DNA from: Scyliorhinus canicula
Taxonomy: Eukaryota
DNA: 64,000 bases
Assembly: GCF_902713615.1 (NCBI RefSeq)
Contig: NC_052174.1
Span: 10,782,514-10,846,513 of the forward strand
Direction of reading: 5' to 3'
In this document: positions 49,640 through 63,277 of the stretch, piece by piece
Numbering within the stretch: position 1 is the stretch's first letter
Layout: each line of letters starts with the position of its first letter
Translations under genes and position numbers: made by a program
The notes under the pieces: generated by a model
The model's input: the letters and a program-made list of their open reading frames with translations, nothing else
The model's database searches: none
Told to the model about the DNA's origin: nothing

Positions 49640-52400
49640 TTACCTGCAAGTGATCTGCCTGCCACCAGCATTCAGCCATCCTGCAAAATGGACAGCATCC
49701 GCCCGACACCGCCTGCTCCGCATCACCGGTAACCTCGGGGCCAACTGGAAGATCTTCAAACATCACTTCCAGCTTTACCTTGAAGCAACAGACCTGGAAG
49801 CTGCTCCAGATGCCAGGAAGATCGCTCTCTTCCTCTCCATGGCCGGGAACCACGCCATCCACATCTTCAACTCTCTCATCTTGACTGATGGTGAAGACAA
49901 ATCAAAACTCAAGACGGTCCTCCTCAAATTTGACAGTCACTGCGACATCGAGGTGAATGAATGTTTAGAGCGCTATGTCTTCCAACAGCGTTTGAACGGT
50001 AAGGATGAACCCTTCCAGTCCTTTCTCACCCACCGCCGCATCCTTGCGCAGTCCTGTAATTACGGGTCCACCTCCGACTCCATGATCGTTTTCGGCGTTC
50101 AGTTGGCCCCCCCTACGCCAGCAGCTCCTCAACGGTCACCCGCTTGGACACTGGCATAGCGGTCTCCTGGATCGCCCAGAGGACATGTGAGCGCATCAGG
50201 CATGGTATACAGACCCTTGCATTGACCGACACACAAGCCAGGTTGGTCACCTACACGGGAGAACCATTGGACATTGCAGGAACTACGATGACCTCTGTTA
50301 TTTATGGACGCCAGGTGGGGCGTTTCCCACTTACCGTGGTGCACAGCCACAGGCCCAGCCTGTTGGGTGGGGACTGGTTGCGCCATTTGCAGCTGCAGTG
50401 GAAGCACATCCTCCAAACAGGTTCTGGAGGGTTGACGGACGTACTAGGACGGTTCCCAGATGTATTCCAGCCCGGTTTGGGGAAAATAGCCCGTATCAGG
50501 GGCTGGTTTAGCTCACTCGGCTAAATCGCTAGCTTTTAAAGCAGACCAAGCAGGCCAGCAGCACGGTTCGATTCCCGTACCAGCCTCCCCGGACAGGCAA
50601 CGGAATGTGGCGACTAGGGGCTTTTCACAGTAACTTCATATGAAGCCTACTCGTGACAATAAGCGATTTTCGTTTTCATTTCATTTCATTTCCAAGTCGA
50701 CCCAGGAGCCACTCCGCTCTATTTCCGGGTGTGCCTGGTGCCTTACGGTTTGCTCGAAGGTAGAAGGGAAGCTCACTCGTTTGGAGTCCTTGGGTATTAT
50801 CAGGCCTGTCTGTTTCGCTGACTGGGCAGCACCAATTGTACCTGTAATGAAGCCACAGTCGTTTGTGCGGTGACTATAAACTTGCAGTGAATACGGCTTC
50901 CCGGCTTGACCGATATCCAATGCCTCACATAGAGGATCTCAACGCAAAGTTTGCAGGCTGAATCTCATTCACAAAATTAGATATGAGTCACGCCTACCAA
51001 CATTGGAGCTGGACCCTGTCTACTGGCCATATGTAACGATTAATACATAGTGGGGCCTGTATGAATATACACGGTTGTCCTTTGGCGTATCCTCTGCCTG
51101 CGCTATTCTTCAATGCGTCATGGAGGGCATCTTGAGAGGTTTACCGCGTGTCGCTGTCTACTTAGACAATGTTTTGATTACAGGGACGTCGGAGCAGGAA
51201 AATTGGAGGCTGTCCTTAGACGTTTTTCAGAGGCTGGAGTCTGTTTATGTCGTACAAAGTGCGTCTTTCATGTGATGGAAGTAGTCTATCTGGTTTATCG
51301 TGTGGACCGCGAAGGTTTGCACCCCATCGCAAAGAAGGTGCGCACAATTCAACAGGCCCCTGCCCCGACTGACACTTTGCATCTTCGTTCTTTTCTCGGC
51401 TTCATAAACTATTACAGGAAGTTCCTCCCCAGACTGGCAACTACGCTGGCCCCGTTGCACCTTCTACAAAAGAAGAATCACACCTGGGTTTGGGGTCAGC
51501 CGCAAGAAACCGCTTTCCGGCGGGTAAAACAACAATTGTCGTTGTCTGGGTTACTAACCCACTACGATCCTGGAAAGCCTTTGCTCTTCACGTGTGATGC
51601 ATCCCCGTTATGGTATTAGGGCCGTCCTATCCCACAAGATGGAGAACGGGCCAAGCGTATTGACTGCAGCAGAAAAGAAGTACGTGCAGATCGAGAAGGA
51701 CGGCCTGGCGGTGGTCTTTGAAGTGTACCAGTATGTGCATGGCCACCACTTCACTATCGTGACTGATCATAAGCCTCTGCTGGGACTTTTCCGAGAGGGT
51801 AAGCCAATACCGCCCATTGCTTCAGCACGGATCCAGTCCTGGGCTTTGTTGCTCGCTGCCTACGCGTATTCTCTGGAGCCTAAACCAGGGATCCAGATAG
51901 GGAATGTCGATGCACTGAGCCGATTGCCTTTGTCGACCGGCCCATTGTTGACCCCCACGACCGGTGAGGTGGTTGCAACCCTACATTTGATGGAATCCTT
52001 GCCTGTCACGGCATTACAGATACGTGAGTGGACCCAGACGGAGCCAGTCCTGTCAAAGCTTCGGCACATAGTCCTGTATGGTGAGCAGCATAGACAGCTC
52101 CCAGACGAGTTGCGGGCATTTTCCTCCAAGCTGTCAGAATTTAGCGTGGAAGACGGTATCCTCTTGTGGGGGACGCGTGTCATTGTCCCAGAAAAAGGAC
52201 AGGAGCTGATACTGAGAGACTTGCACAATGGGCATCCAGGTCTGACCAAAATGAAAATGTTGGCCCGGAGTTATGTCTGGTGGCCAGGCCTCGACACCGA
52301 CATTGAGAAGGTGGCCGAAAACTGCTCCATTTGCCAGGAGCATCAGAAGCTTCCGCCGGCTGCGCCCCTACATCACTGGGAATGGCCAGGGCGGCCTTGG
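49640..52400 (+). mobile_element. Degenerate Gypsy LTR retrotransposon (gag, protease, RT, RNase H, integrase zinc finger)
   Basis: NWKIFKHHFQLYL gag, LDTG, WAAPIVPV, YLDNV, CDASPYG, TDHKPL, LHNGHPG..YVWWPG..CSIC. Confidence 0.93.
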
Positions 52401-52404
52401 GTAA

Positions 52405-55400
52405 CGTTGTCCGGAACGGCATCCAGTGCTGGAAGAAACTGCACGATCCGCTCAGGGCGGCTAGGGTGAGTAGGTTTCCCCACCCTGCCCACATGCCAGC
52501 ACCCATGCCAGCCACAATGTCTGGGTGCCCTGGCCACTGAGGTTATCATTTATCCAACCCATTGGTTGCATGCGATGGAACATCTACCAATGTTATTGTT
52601 TGTGTTTGTCCCCCGCCCCACAGCCAGTGCCAGAGCCGGTCCCCCCCGCCCCACAGCCAGTGCCAGAGCCGGTCCCCCCCCGCCCCCCAGCCAATGCCAG
52701 AGCCGGTCCCCCCCCGCCCCCCAGCCAGTGCCAGAGCCGGTCCCCCCCCGCCCCACAGCCAGTGCCAGAGCCGGTCCCCCCCGCCCCCCAGCCAGTGCCA
52801 GAGCCGGTCCCCCCCCGCCCCCCAGCCAGTGCCAGAGCCGGTCCCCCCCTGCCCCACAGCCAGTGCCAGAGCCGGTCCCCCCCCGCCCCACAGCCAGTGC
52901 CAGAGCCTCTGCCCCCCGCCCCCCAGCCAGTGCCAGAGCCGGTGCCCCCCCCAGACGGCCGAGCAATGATGGGGAGAGCAGCGCGGACACCAGCCCTCTG
53001 CCCGTGACTCAGGAGACCTCGGAGCTCGGGTCGGAGGTTGACACTGACTTCCCGTCACAGCTGTCTCCTACACCCTCCACACATCGCATCCGGTACAGCA
53101 GGTGGAGGTAGGAGCAGCTGAGGGGCCGGACGGGGGGGGGGGGGGAGCGGAGGGCAGCCCGGCCCCAGGAAGCAGCTGCTGCCCAGATGGGTCCTGAGCT
53201 CCTGGAACATCCAGTCCCAGCCACAGTGGAGATGCAGCCAGAGACCCAGGGACTAGACATCGGGATGCCAGCACCTGCAGGGGCAGGTGGAAGAGTCCAT
53301 CTGCGTGCAGGAGCAGGGGGTGGTGCCGGCCATGTGTACCACCCAGGCCAACACCGCACGGGTGGCATCCGCGGTGGAGGCACTGGACGACGGTGCCAGT
53401 TTTGGGTCAGAGTGTGGAAGGCCTGGGGCATGCTGTGCAGGCGGGGGGCTGAGGCCCAGAACAGGGTTGCCCTCTCACATCGCAGCGGTAGCGTGGCCCA
53501 GTCACAGAAGGCCATGGCTGGCGGCCTCGGCGGTATTACCCAGGCGCTGGCCAGCGTGGCGCAAACACTGGGCAGGGTGGCCCAGTCCCAGAGAGACGTG
53601 GCCCAGTCCCAGAGAGAGGTGTCACATACCCAAAGAGACATGGCCCACTTTCCTGTTCCTGGTGCATCTGGTGGGCAGCGGGCAGAACAGGGCGGCACCA
53701 TGCCACCCAGGACTCCGGAGCAGCAGCCGGGCCCATCCAGGCCGAGTCGCCCCAGGAGACGTGTGCCAAAGGGGACCCAGGTCACAGGGCAGGAATCACA
53801 GCAGGCCAGCTCCACTCCTGCTGTACGGTCTGGGGAACCACCTCGGCGGAGTGTTAGGGCGTAAGGCCAGAAAATTAGACACCAGTTAAGCTGGCATGGA
53901 TGCAGGGCACTGTTTAGTTATAGGGACCAGGAAACACCTGTTAACATCACTGAAACCTGCCTCGGTGCTCTGCTTGATGGGTGTAGGGGTGGGACAGTCA
54001 GTGCTGCCCAGTGGGAGCTGGGGGTGGGGGACGAGTGCAGGCTCCGTGGATGGACCGTGCTCCCCACCCTCCCTTCCTCCCCGGCCGTCCCCAGCACCCC
54101 CGCCCCAGGGATTCGACGGGACCGTGTGATGGGCTGGCCAGCTCGCATCCAGGGATCACCCAGGTGGAAGGTGCTACCGTGGGCATGAGTCAGACATTGT
54201 CTAACGATGTGGAACACGGAGCTCATCACAGAGCGGGCTGTCATCATCCTCCATCCCATGGAGCAAACCTGCTGTCACTGCCAACCCAGTGCCCCCAGCT
54301 CACCGTGTCGCAGGTATGTATCGTGGAGGGGGTGTATATGCGGGTGATTTGGTGGTGTGGGAGGTGAGGGGGTGTGGGTCTGGGATGGTGTTGTCCGTGC
54401 CCCTGGCCAGTAACTCCCCTTCCCCCCCCCTTAGTCGGCGAAATATGAGGCGACGAGGACATCCCATGCGCGCTGTCCCTGACGATGGCGTTGTGCGGCC
54501 TCCCGGGCCCCATGGCCCGCTTATTGTCCCCCTCACCCGCATCCTCCTCATCTGAAGGTGGTCTGCTGTGCGATGTTGTGGAGGACGCAGCAGGCCACCG
54601 CGATGCAGGTGACCCTCCTGGCCTCGTACTGGAGGGCCCCTCCAGAGCGGTCTCGGCATCTGAAGCGCATCTTCAGGACTCTGAAGCAGCGCTCGACCAC
54701 ATCCCTGGTCGCTGTATGGGCATCATTGTAGCGGAAGTCGCCGTGGGTCTGTGGCGTCACAGCCATAACCGTAACGGGTAACCCCTGTCGCCCAGCAGCC
54801 AACCCCGCAGCTGGAGGGGGTGCCCCTCAAACATGTCGGGGATCACCGAGTGAGCCAGTATGAAGGAGTTGTGCATGCTTCCGGGTATCGGGCACAGACG
54901 GGCATGATGCGCTGGGCGATCATGGAGTGGTACCCCTTCCTGCTGGTGTATGGTGGCCTATTATCCGCCGGTGGCCGTAGGGCGACACACGTCCTGTCGA
55001 TCATGCCCTGGACCCGGGGCATCCCGCCGACGGCAGCAAACCCCACTGCCCAGGCATCCTGGTGGGCACGGTCAGCATGGAAATGGATGTACCGTTCCGC
55101 CTGGGAATATAGGGTTTCCGTGAAGGCACGGATACACCTGTGCGCCGATGCCTGCGATATCCTGGCCAGGCCCTCACTCGGCGACTGGAACGACTCCGTG
55201 GCATAGGTCCTCAAACGACATGCGGTTGGGGTACACGCGGGGCCTCATGAGGTGCACCCTTGGCACCTCTTCTTCCTCCTGGGCCTGTTGGGTGGCCACC
55301 CTCCAGCCTGTGCGGCCGCCACCTGCCCCTCTGCAGCCCGTTCCTGTGCTGCAGCCACCTCCTCCTCCCTGAACGGCCTTCAGTCATATTGCCATAGAGT

Positions 55401-55480
55401 TTCTTGCAGAGCTGTGGCCATCGCCACAGCAGCCAGCATCGCAGGTTGATGTCCGAAAGCCATTCTCTGCAGGGGGTGAA
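52405..55480. mobile_element. Degenerate Harbinger transposon: Myb/SANT-like gene (+) converging on a DDE transposase (-, about 54540-55215)
   Basis: QCWKKLHD motif; [23 protein letters not shown] and VVERCFRVLKMRFRC transposase motifs. Confidence 0.88.
52610..52952 (+). repeat. GC-rich minisatellite, ~30-31-bp unit, about 11 copies
   Basis: Unit ccccccgccccacagccagtgccagagccggt. Confidence 0.95.
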
Positions 55481-55559
55481 AGGCCAACATGTTAGACTGG
55501 CGCATACTTTGGGAAAATGGAAGACATTGCCTTCAGTGCAAACTCTGTTCCCTCATCGC

Positions 55560-56150
55560 CAGTTTAATCCCTCCACCTGGCTACTATCTGAGGTTGAATA
55601 CAACTGCTCACAACTTCTGCATCCTGGCCAATCTTGAGCGGAGTATCTGACACCGTATCATTTCCATCATAAAGGCCGTACACTTCCACCTCCGTAACTT
55701 CACCAGTCTCTGCACTGGCCTCAGAGTCCAGCAGCTCTGAAACCTTCACCCATGTTTCTGTCAGCTCCCGACCCGACTATTCCAACCCTTTCCTGGCCGG
55801 CTCCACCCTCCATGGGTGTCAGCTGAGCCTAACCCTCTGTAACCTAACATGTCATAAAGTGCTGCTCATTCACCTTGGCTGATCGATGTTGGCTCCAAGT
55901 TCTCCAGTTGAAAGTTCAGATCCTCCTGTTCAGTCTCTTCTTGGGTGGGTCTCTTCCTATCCTGGTCACCTCCTCCAGCCCAACATCCTTCCAGGAAACC
56001 TCTGTTCCTGCAACTCGAGCCTCTTGTGGCTCTCCTCATCCTCTGCCCCACCATTGGTGACTGTGACTTCCACCATCCAGACACTTTCCCTTTAACCCAC
56101 GTCTCTTCCTTTAGGAACATCTTTGAAAAACTATCTCTTTGTCCAATCTC
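55560..56150 (+). mobile_element. Old L2-like LINE 3' remnant (partly shared with 31190-31430)
   Basis: cttccacctccgtaac.., gaaacc.tcaccca and gactattccaa segments typical of L2 RT ends. Confidence 0.55.
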
Positions 56151-56284
56151 CTCCTAAATTATCCTTCTATGTTTCAGTGTCGGTTCTTGTCCAGTTGTGG
56201 CTCCGGGCAGTTGCAAATTAAAATTCAAACCTCGTGACACATTCAGCAATTATCTAAATCTTTTTCCTGTATTGATCTGTCAAG

Positions 56285-56446
56285 TACTCAGAGTCAGACC
56301 TGGATTGTTGCCTGGCTACAGAAAAGGATTTTGGACATGTACAATCCCTTTACAACGATGAGACAGATTACATGTCGAGCGTCTACCATTCCTGGCTGCG
56401 AGAGAGAAACCATGTGGTCTTTTTGGCCAAACTCCATGGTCAAGTG
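56285..56446 (+). CDS. NAT16: NAT16/HISAT-like copy B, GNAT exon (YSESDLDCCLATEKDF...DYMSSVYHSWLRERNHVVFLAKLHGQV)
   Basis: 162 nt open; same boundaries as copy A; gtgagt donor. Confidence 0.9.
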
Positions 56447-56687
56447 GTGAGTTCCTTTGAAATTAGAGGCCAATTCACTTTTCAAATTCTGGAAATTGAC
56501 ATGTTGACAACCATTTGCCTCAATCCTTCATGATTATTTTAAGGCCATTTTGTGTTTGATGTGGAAGAGCAGGTCATAGAATCTCTCATAGAAACTAGGT
56601 GCCGGCGGAGCCCATTTGGCCTTTCAATCCTACTCCATCATTCATTATTTGTTAATATTGTTATTTTAACAGATTTCCAGTGTTCAT

Positions 56688-57218
56688 AGTGTTCAATTCT
56701 GGTCGCCACACTACCAGAAGGATGTGGAGGATTTAGAGAGGAGGCAGAAGAGATTTACCAGGATGTTGCCTGGTATGGAGGGCATTAGCTATGAGGAGCG
56801 GTTGAATAAACTCGGTTTGTTCTCACTGGAATGACGGAGGTTGAGGGGCGACCTGATAGAGGTCTACAAAATTATGAGGGGCATAGACAGAGTGGATCGT
56901 CAGAGGCTTTTCCCCAGGGTAGAGGGGTCAATTACTAGGGGGCATAGGTTTAAGGTGCGAGGGGCAAGGTTTAGAGGAGATGGACGAGGCAAGTTTTTTA
57001 CACAGAAGGGTAGTGGGTGCCTGGAACTCGCTGCCGGAGGAGGTGGTGGAAGCAGGGATGATAGTGACATTTAAGGGGCATCTTGACAAATACATGAATA
57101 GGATGGGAATAGAGGGATACGGACCCAGGAAGTGTAGAAGATTGTAGTTTAGTCGGGCAGCATGGTCAGCAGAGGTTTGGAGGGCCGAAGGGCCTGTTCC
57201 TGTGCTGTATGTTCTTTG
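56688..57218 (+). mobile_element. CR1 3' fragment (young)
   Basis: RGDLIEVYKIMRGIDRVD motif and tail. Confidence 0.9.
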
Positions 57219-57239
57219 ATAATTTTACATATAAAGCAC

Positions 57240-58830
57240 ATATATACAATTTTACATACAATTTTCCACGCACCCCTTCTATCGGCCCTTCCCCCTCACT
57301 GCTCCCCCTCCCTGCTCACCTCCTTCCCCGAGAAGACACCAAACTCTTCTCGGAGCTTTATGATTATTTTAAGGCCATTTTGTGTTTGGTGTGGAGGAGC
57401 AGGTCATCCGCATCGAGTGAAACTCTGTGCTCTCTGACTCCTCTTTGGGTGCCCCTCCAGCCTTTGGCGTCTCGCAGAGCGATTGCCAGGGATTCAGTTG
57501 CCAGGGCAAACAGTGGGGTGGTGGGGGGGATATCAGGCAACCCTGCCTTGTGCAGCTGGAAGCATTCAGAGCTGGTGTTGTTGGTCCGAACACTCACCTT
57601 GGGGTCGTTGTACAGGAGTTTCACCATGAGGTGAACCCTGTCCCTGACCCAAACCGCTGCAGCACCTCAATGAGATTAGAATTAGAATTAGAACAGTACA
57701 GCACAGAACAGGCCCTTCGGCCCTCAATGTTGTGCCGAGCAATGATCACCCTACTCAAGCCCACATATCCACCCTATACCAGTAACCCAACAACCCCCAT
57801 TAACATTACTTCCATTCGACTCTGTCGAAGGACTTTTCTGCATCTAGGGAGATGATCACTGGTGTTCTCTCCCCGGATGGGGTCTGTATCGCATTCAGCA
57901 GCCGCCTGATGTTTGCAGTTGGCTGTCTACCCTTAAGAAAACCCGCCTGGTCCGCTGCAACCACTTCTGTTCTCCAGTCTTCTAGACAGGGCTTTTGAAA
58001 GTATCTTCGCATCCACATTGAGCAGCGAAATGGGTCTGTATGATTTGCATTCCGTTGGGTCTTTGTCTTCCTTGGGTATCAGCGATATCATGGCCTGTGT
58101 TAACGTTGGAGGCCGGACGCCCCTTGCTAGCGAATCTGCAAATATTTCTCGTAGGTGCGGGACCAGGGTTAGTGCAAATCTTTTATAGAAGACCGCCGGG
58201 AACCCATCGGGTCCCAGTGCCTTCCCCACATGGAGTTGGTGCTCTCCATGACCTCTCCCAGTCCTATTGATGCTTCCAGCTCCCTCCGACTATCGTCACC
58301 CACGACAGGCATGTCCAGTACATCCAGGAACTGTTTCATCCCTGCGTCAGGAGGTGTACAGTCCCTGGTAGAAGGCTTCAAATGCTTGGTGGAGCATTTT
58401 TGGTTCGGTTACCAGTCCGCCTCTCCGATCTTTCACCTGTGCTATTTCCCTCATGTCTGCCTCCATTTTCAGCTGGTGAGCCAGCAGGTGGCTTGCCTTT
58501 TCTCCCTGCTCGTAGAAGTCCCCCGTGTCTGGCGGAGTTGATGCACTGCTTTCCTGCTGGATCGCAGATTGAAGTCAATTTGTAGCTTTTTCCTCTCCGC
58601 CAGAAGCTGTACGGTCGGGGCTTCAGAGTATTTTATGTCGACCTCCAGGATGAAGTTGATCTGCTGCTGCCTAGCCGCCCTCTCCTCCCTGTCCCTACAT
58701 GTAGGCTACAGTCTCTCCCTTAATCACCGCTTTCAGTGCCTCCTTCTGGCAGAAGACGTTGTTGGTTAAGAAGGTCATGTCCAGCCTCCACGTGGGGCGC
58801 TGGGCATGACCGGTCTCCAACCTCACATCC
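57240..58830 (-). mobile_element. L1-clade LINE RT fragment
   Basis: GKALGPDGFPAVFYK, YRPISLLNVDAKIL, DQAGF, SLDAEKSFDRVEW and ADDLLL motifs. Confidence 0.9.
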
Positions 58831-59721
58831 ATGTGCGGAGTGTAGGAGCGTTTCCAAGGCCTGGGTATTGAGCCAGCTTTTACATGGGGTTCCTCTCTCA
58901 TAGTTATGGCTTAGCTTAATAAACAGCTCAGCAGACACACATCAACCTGGTTAAGATGGCTTTATTATTCCAAGCTTGGTTTCATGTACATGGAGAAAGA
59001 TCTGGATAAATGCCACGATCAATCTGGCTAACACTGATAAAAACACACTAATTATAGGATTATTAATATAAATCAATAGCCCACCCCAGTTGGACTTGAT
59101 CCAATCCTTGAGGTTGTCACTTCTATATTATCCAGTAAAATTTACTTTAAGCAAAATGATGACTTGTGATCAGCTCATGATTTAACCCCATCCTGCTACC
59201 TGTTGTTCACCAGGATCTTGTGTCCATTCTAAAATTGCATTTCTGACATTCCCATCCTACGTGTCGCAGTCAATTCCTGTCCACCTTATTATTCATCCAG
59301 GGGCAGGATGCCAAAGCTGGCGTCCTCTTCACACCATGGATTGTTTGAGACGGGATATTGGGGCCACTGATAAAAACTGTTTACTGACCACACAATTCCG
59401 TTTGTCTCAAAGGCATGGGCAAGTTAGTTAGCTTAAATCCCATCATGCATTGTGGCCACTGCTTGTAGAAAGAGTTTAAAATATTTATTATTGCTATGTA
59501 CTAACATACAGGTTTAATGGTTAATAAGGATTACTGGGTGTACTTTCCATGATTGATCTCAATCCTTAATAAACTAACTTATGTAGAACTATTCTAGTGT
59601 TTTCCTAACTATTCCGTTTTAGGAGGCCTCATCTCTGGACACCCCCTTCACGAAGCATGGTCGGAGATGACTATTGCGGACTTTCTGGAAGCACTGATTT
59701 AGGACACTATCTCAGAATCAA

Positions 59722-59988
59722 CGTTGTCACTCTCCAACTTGATGAAAAATTCTTTCATGTTATGGTCATTCATCCCCCAGGGGTCCAATGCAACTAGATT
59801 ACCAATGATTCCTTTCTCATTACACAATACACAGTCTAGGATGACACGTTCTCCAATTGCTTCCTCAACGTATTGGTCCAGAAAACCATCCCATATATAC
59901 TCCAGGAATTCCTCCTCTATAGTATTGTGACTAATTTGATTTGCCCAATCTATATGCAGATTAGAGTCACCAATAATTACAGATGTTC
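59722..59988 (-). mobile_element. CR1 endonuclease fragment
   Basis: VIIGDSNLHIDW, EEFLE and SNDHNM-like motifs. Confidence 0.7.
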
Positions 59989-60009
59989 AGTGTTACACAC
60001 ACTCTGACA

Positions 60010-60490
60010 CCCGACACATGCACCCAAACACAGAATCACACACAACACACATAAACACAATCACACGCAACACACATAAATGGATCACATACAACACACA
60101 CACAGAATCACACACAACACACAGAATCACACACAACACAAACACAGAATCACACACACAGAATTACCGACAACACACACACAGAATCACACATAACACG
60201 TTCACAGAATCACACAGAACACACACACAAATCACACACACACAGAATCACACACAACACACACACATAATCACACACAACACACACACATAATCACACA
60301 CACACACACAGAATCACACACAACACACACAGAATCACACACAGACACAAACATAATCACACATGCACAGACACAATGATATACACACACAAAGATACAA
60401 AATGCACACAATCACATGTACATCACACACACACACGTCACACAAACAATCACATCCTTCACACATACACACATAGATGCACAAATCCAC
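60010..60490 (+). repeat. CA-rich simple/minisatellite (acacagaatcacac)n
   Basis: Directly visible. Confidence 0.95.
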
Positions 60491-61647
60491 ATATCCATTT
60501 TAAACATTGCGCATACGATGTTTCTTCTTGAGATGATACTCATCTCTCTTTGTCTCTGTGGAGATTTCAATCAACTTCTGTAAACTTTAGAAGTGTCCTT
60601 GTCTGTAAACAGGGTGAGGTCCCTGAGCCAAATCTGTATTCATTCTGTTCCTGTCGGGTCTCAGCCGGAGAATTGCCGAGTCCGTAGCATGGCGGCAGCC
60701 TGCAACATGGTGCCGGCAGCGGGCAGGCCCGGCCTGCCAAATAATGCCCCTACTTTAGCCAGGCTTGCGACCCCCAGACCAGCCCCCACAGTGCCCCTGG
60801 CAAAGGCCCCCTGCCCGGGGATCGCCTCTCTCCCAACTGTGTTGGCGCTGGACTGAATCCGCAGCCGTCATGCCGAGTTCCCGACAAATAATAGCATGAG
60901 AGACCCCCGTCGTCGGGAATTCGGCCGGTCAGGGGCGGAACATCGCGAAAGTGGAACCGACCCTGATTTTGGCACCAATGTTGATTCTCTTTGAGATACT
61001 GAAAGCAAAACTTCAAAATAATAGCGACTCCAGATTTACAAAATAAAAGTCATTTCAACAAAAAGCCTTTTTAAAAGTAATTTTCATGAAGGATTTCTGA
61101 CGGCTAAACTTCTTTTCTCTAATCAGTCAAACGGGAATCCTTATCTGGGTTTAGCCCCTTACTTAGTTTTCTGGTCCTAATTCTCAGCTGAGACCTCCTT
61201 GATTCATTCAGGAAAGTATCAGACACTTAACAGGTGATTGGTTAATTAGATATTAATCAATTGCTCCAAATTAATTAACTTTCCCACGACTCTGGGGCCG
61301 CACGGTGGCGCCCTGCTGCCTCATGGCGCCGAGGTCCCAGGTTTGATCCCGGCCCTGGGTCACTGTCCGTGTGGAGTTTGCACATTCTCCCCGTGTTTGC
61401 GTGGGTTTTGCCCCCACAACTCAAAGATGTGCAGGGTAGGTGGATTGGCCACACTAAGTTGCCTCTTAATTGAAAAAAATCAATTGGGTACTCTAAATTT
61501 TTTTTAAAAAACTTTCCCATGACTCTTGTCCCATGTTCAAACTCCCTACATCACGTCTGGTCTCAGTTACAAGATTGTTTCAAATTCGTTGAATGTACTC
61601 TCACATCACTTACTTGTAGTACATTACTCGCAACGTTTGAAACAGTC

Positions 61648-61985
61648 GGGGAGCACGGTAGCATGGTGGTTAGCATAAATGCTTCACAGCTCCAGGGTCC
61701 CAGGTTCGATTCCCGGCTGGGTCACTGTCTGTGTGGAGTCTGCACGTTCTCCCCGTGTGTGCGTGGGTTTCCTCCGGGTGCTCCGGTTTCCTCCCACAGT
61801 CCAAAGATGTGTGGGTTAGGTGGATTGGCCATGCTAAATTGCCCGTAGTGTCCTAAAAAAAGTAAGGTTAAGGGGGGGTTGTTGGGTTACGGGTATAGAG
61901 TGGATACGTGGGTTTGAGTAGGGTGATCATGGCTCGGCACAACATCGAGGGCCGAAGGGCCTGTTCTGTGCTGTACTGTTCTAAA
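61648..61985 (+). mobile_element. HE1-type V-SINE (young)
   Basis: Full pattern; a shorter variant is at 61294-61505. Confidence 0.9.
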
Positions 61986-62147
61986 TAGTTCTTCTAAATA
62001 GTCATGGACAGTATTCAAAAGTTTAGCCTATTTTATAACTTACTACAAATTTCTACAAATTCAATAATTTTCAAGAATCATTTTATTTTCCAGTATATTT
62101 TAGTAATATATTAAAGAACCCCCACCTATAATTGTTGAATCCAACAA

Positions 62148-62700
62148 GGGTCATAGTTTGAGGATAAGGGATTTTAGGATTGAGGTGAGGAGGGATTTTC
62201 ACAGTAACTTCATTGCAGTGTTAATGTAAGCCTACTTGTGACAATAAAGGTCAGTTAAAAAAAAGGTCTTCACCCAGAGAGAGTGGTGAATCTGCAGAAT
62301 TCACTACCACAGAAAGTAGTTGAGGCCAAAACGTTGTGTAATTTCAAGAAGGAATGGTTTAGCTCACTAGGCTAAATCGCTGGCTTTGAAGGCAGACCAA
62401 GGCAGGCCAGCAGCACGGTTCAATTCCCGTACCAGCCTCCCCGAACAGGCGCCGGAATGTGGCGACTAGGGGCTTTTCACAGCAACTTCATTGAAGCCTA
62501 CTCGAGACAATAAGCGATTTTCATTTTTCATTTTCATATAGCTCTTGGGGCTAAAAGGATCAAGGGATATTGGGGGGGGGGGGGGGGAAGGCAAGATCAG
62601 GGTATTGAACTTGATGATCAAGGCCACGATCAGAATGAATGGCGGAGCAGGCTCGAAGGGCCGAATGGCCTCCTCCTGCTCCTATTTTCTATGTATGTTT
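62148..62700 (+). mobile_element. CR1 3' end with nested SINEs
   Basis: ttcacccagagag..gtgaatctg and gggccgaatggcctcctcctgctcct tail. Confidence 0.75.
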
Positions 62701-62774
62701 CAATTCCCATACTGGCTGAGGTTATTCATGAAGGACCACACCGCCTACTCAACCTTGGTCCTCGCCTGAGGTGT

Positions 62775-63157
62775 GTGAGGTGTTGGCTAGTATAGACTTG
62801 AGAGATGAACAGACACTTCCAACACTTATGAAGGTTCAACTCAATTTTATTAACTACTTCTAACTAACTAACACACGATGACTGTGGGTCTAAATGATGC
62901 TAACTTAAACTAGAGACCTGAGCCTTGTCCGAACCAGTTGATTCTCTCAGCACGTGGTATAAGTCTGCTGGGCTGGATGAGTTCCTGTTACACTCAGAGG
63001 CAGCACCCAGAATGAGCGGGAACCGTGGTGCCCTCTGCCTTTATAGTGTGTGTATTCTAACTGGTGATTGGCTGCGGTGTTTATACATGTTGATTGGTCC
63101 CTGTGTGTGTCCATGAGTGTGTGTCTGCACCATGATATACTGGTGTATATTGTGAGA
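62775..63157 (-). mobile_element. Probable solo LTR
   Basis: Interrupts another repeat; TATAAA and AATAAA on the minus strand; ends are degenerate. Confidence 0.45.
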
Positions 63158-63277
63158 GTGCGGTGACCCTCAGGTTAAATCACCACCAGTCCTCTCTCCC
63201 CCTTAAAGAGGAAAGCAGCCTATGGTCATCTGTGATAATGGTGACTTTAACTTTTTTACTTACCTCTGTGTTTCCAG

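Noticed and set aside
52610-52952. CRISPR-like regular repeat
   Set aside because: No unique spacers; eukaryotic minisatellite. The same applies to 13215-13770.
52525-53111. Several long Pro/Gly-rich ORFs on both strands
   Set aside because: Artefacts of a stop-free GC-rich minisatellite.
54540-55215. Domesticated HARBI1 gene
   Set aside because: Frameshifted, paired with a Myb-like partner and embedded in TEs; a decayed Harbinger transposon.
60018-60293. His/Thr-rich ORF
   Set aside because: Translation of a CA-rich simple repeat.
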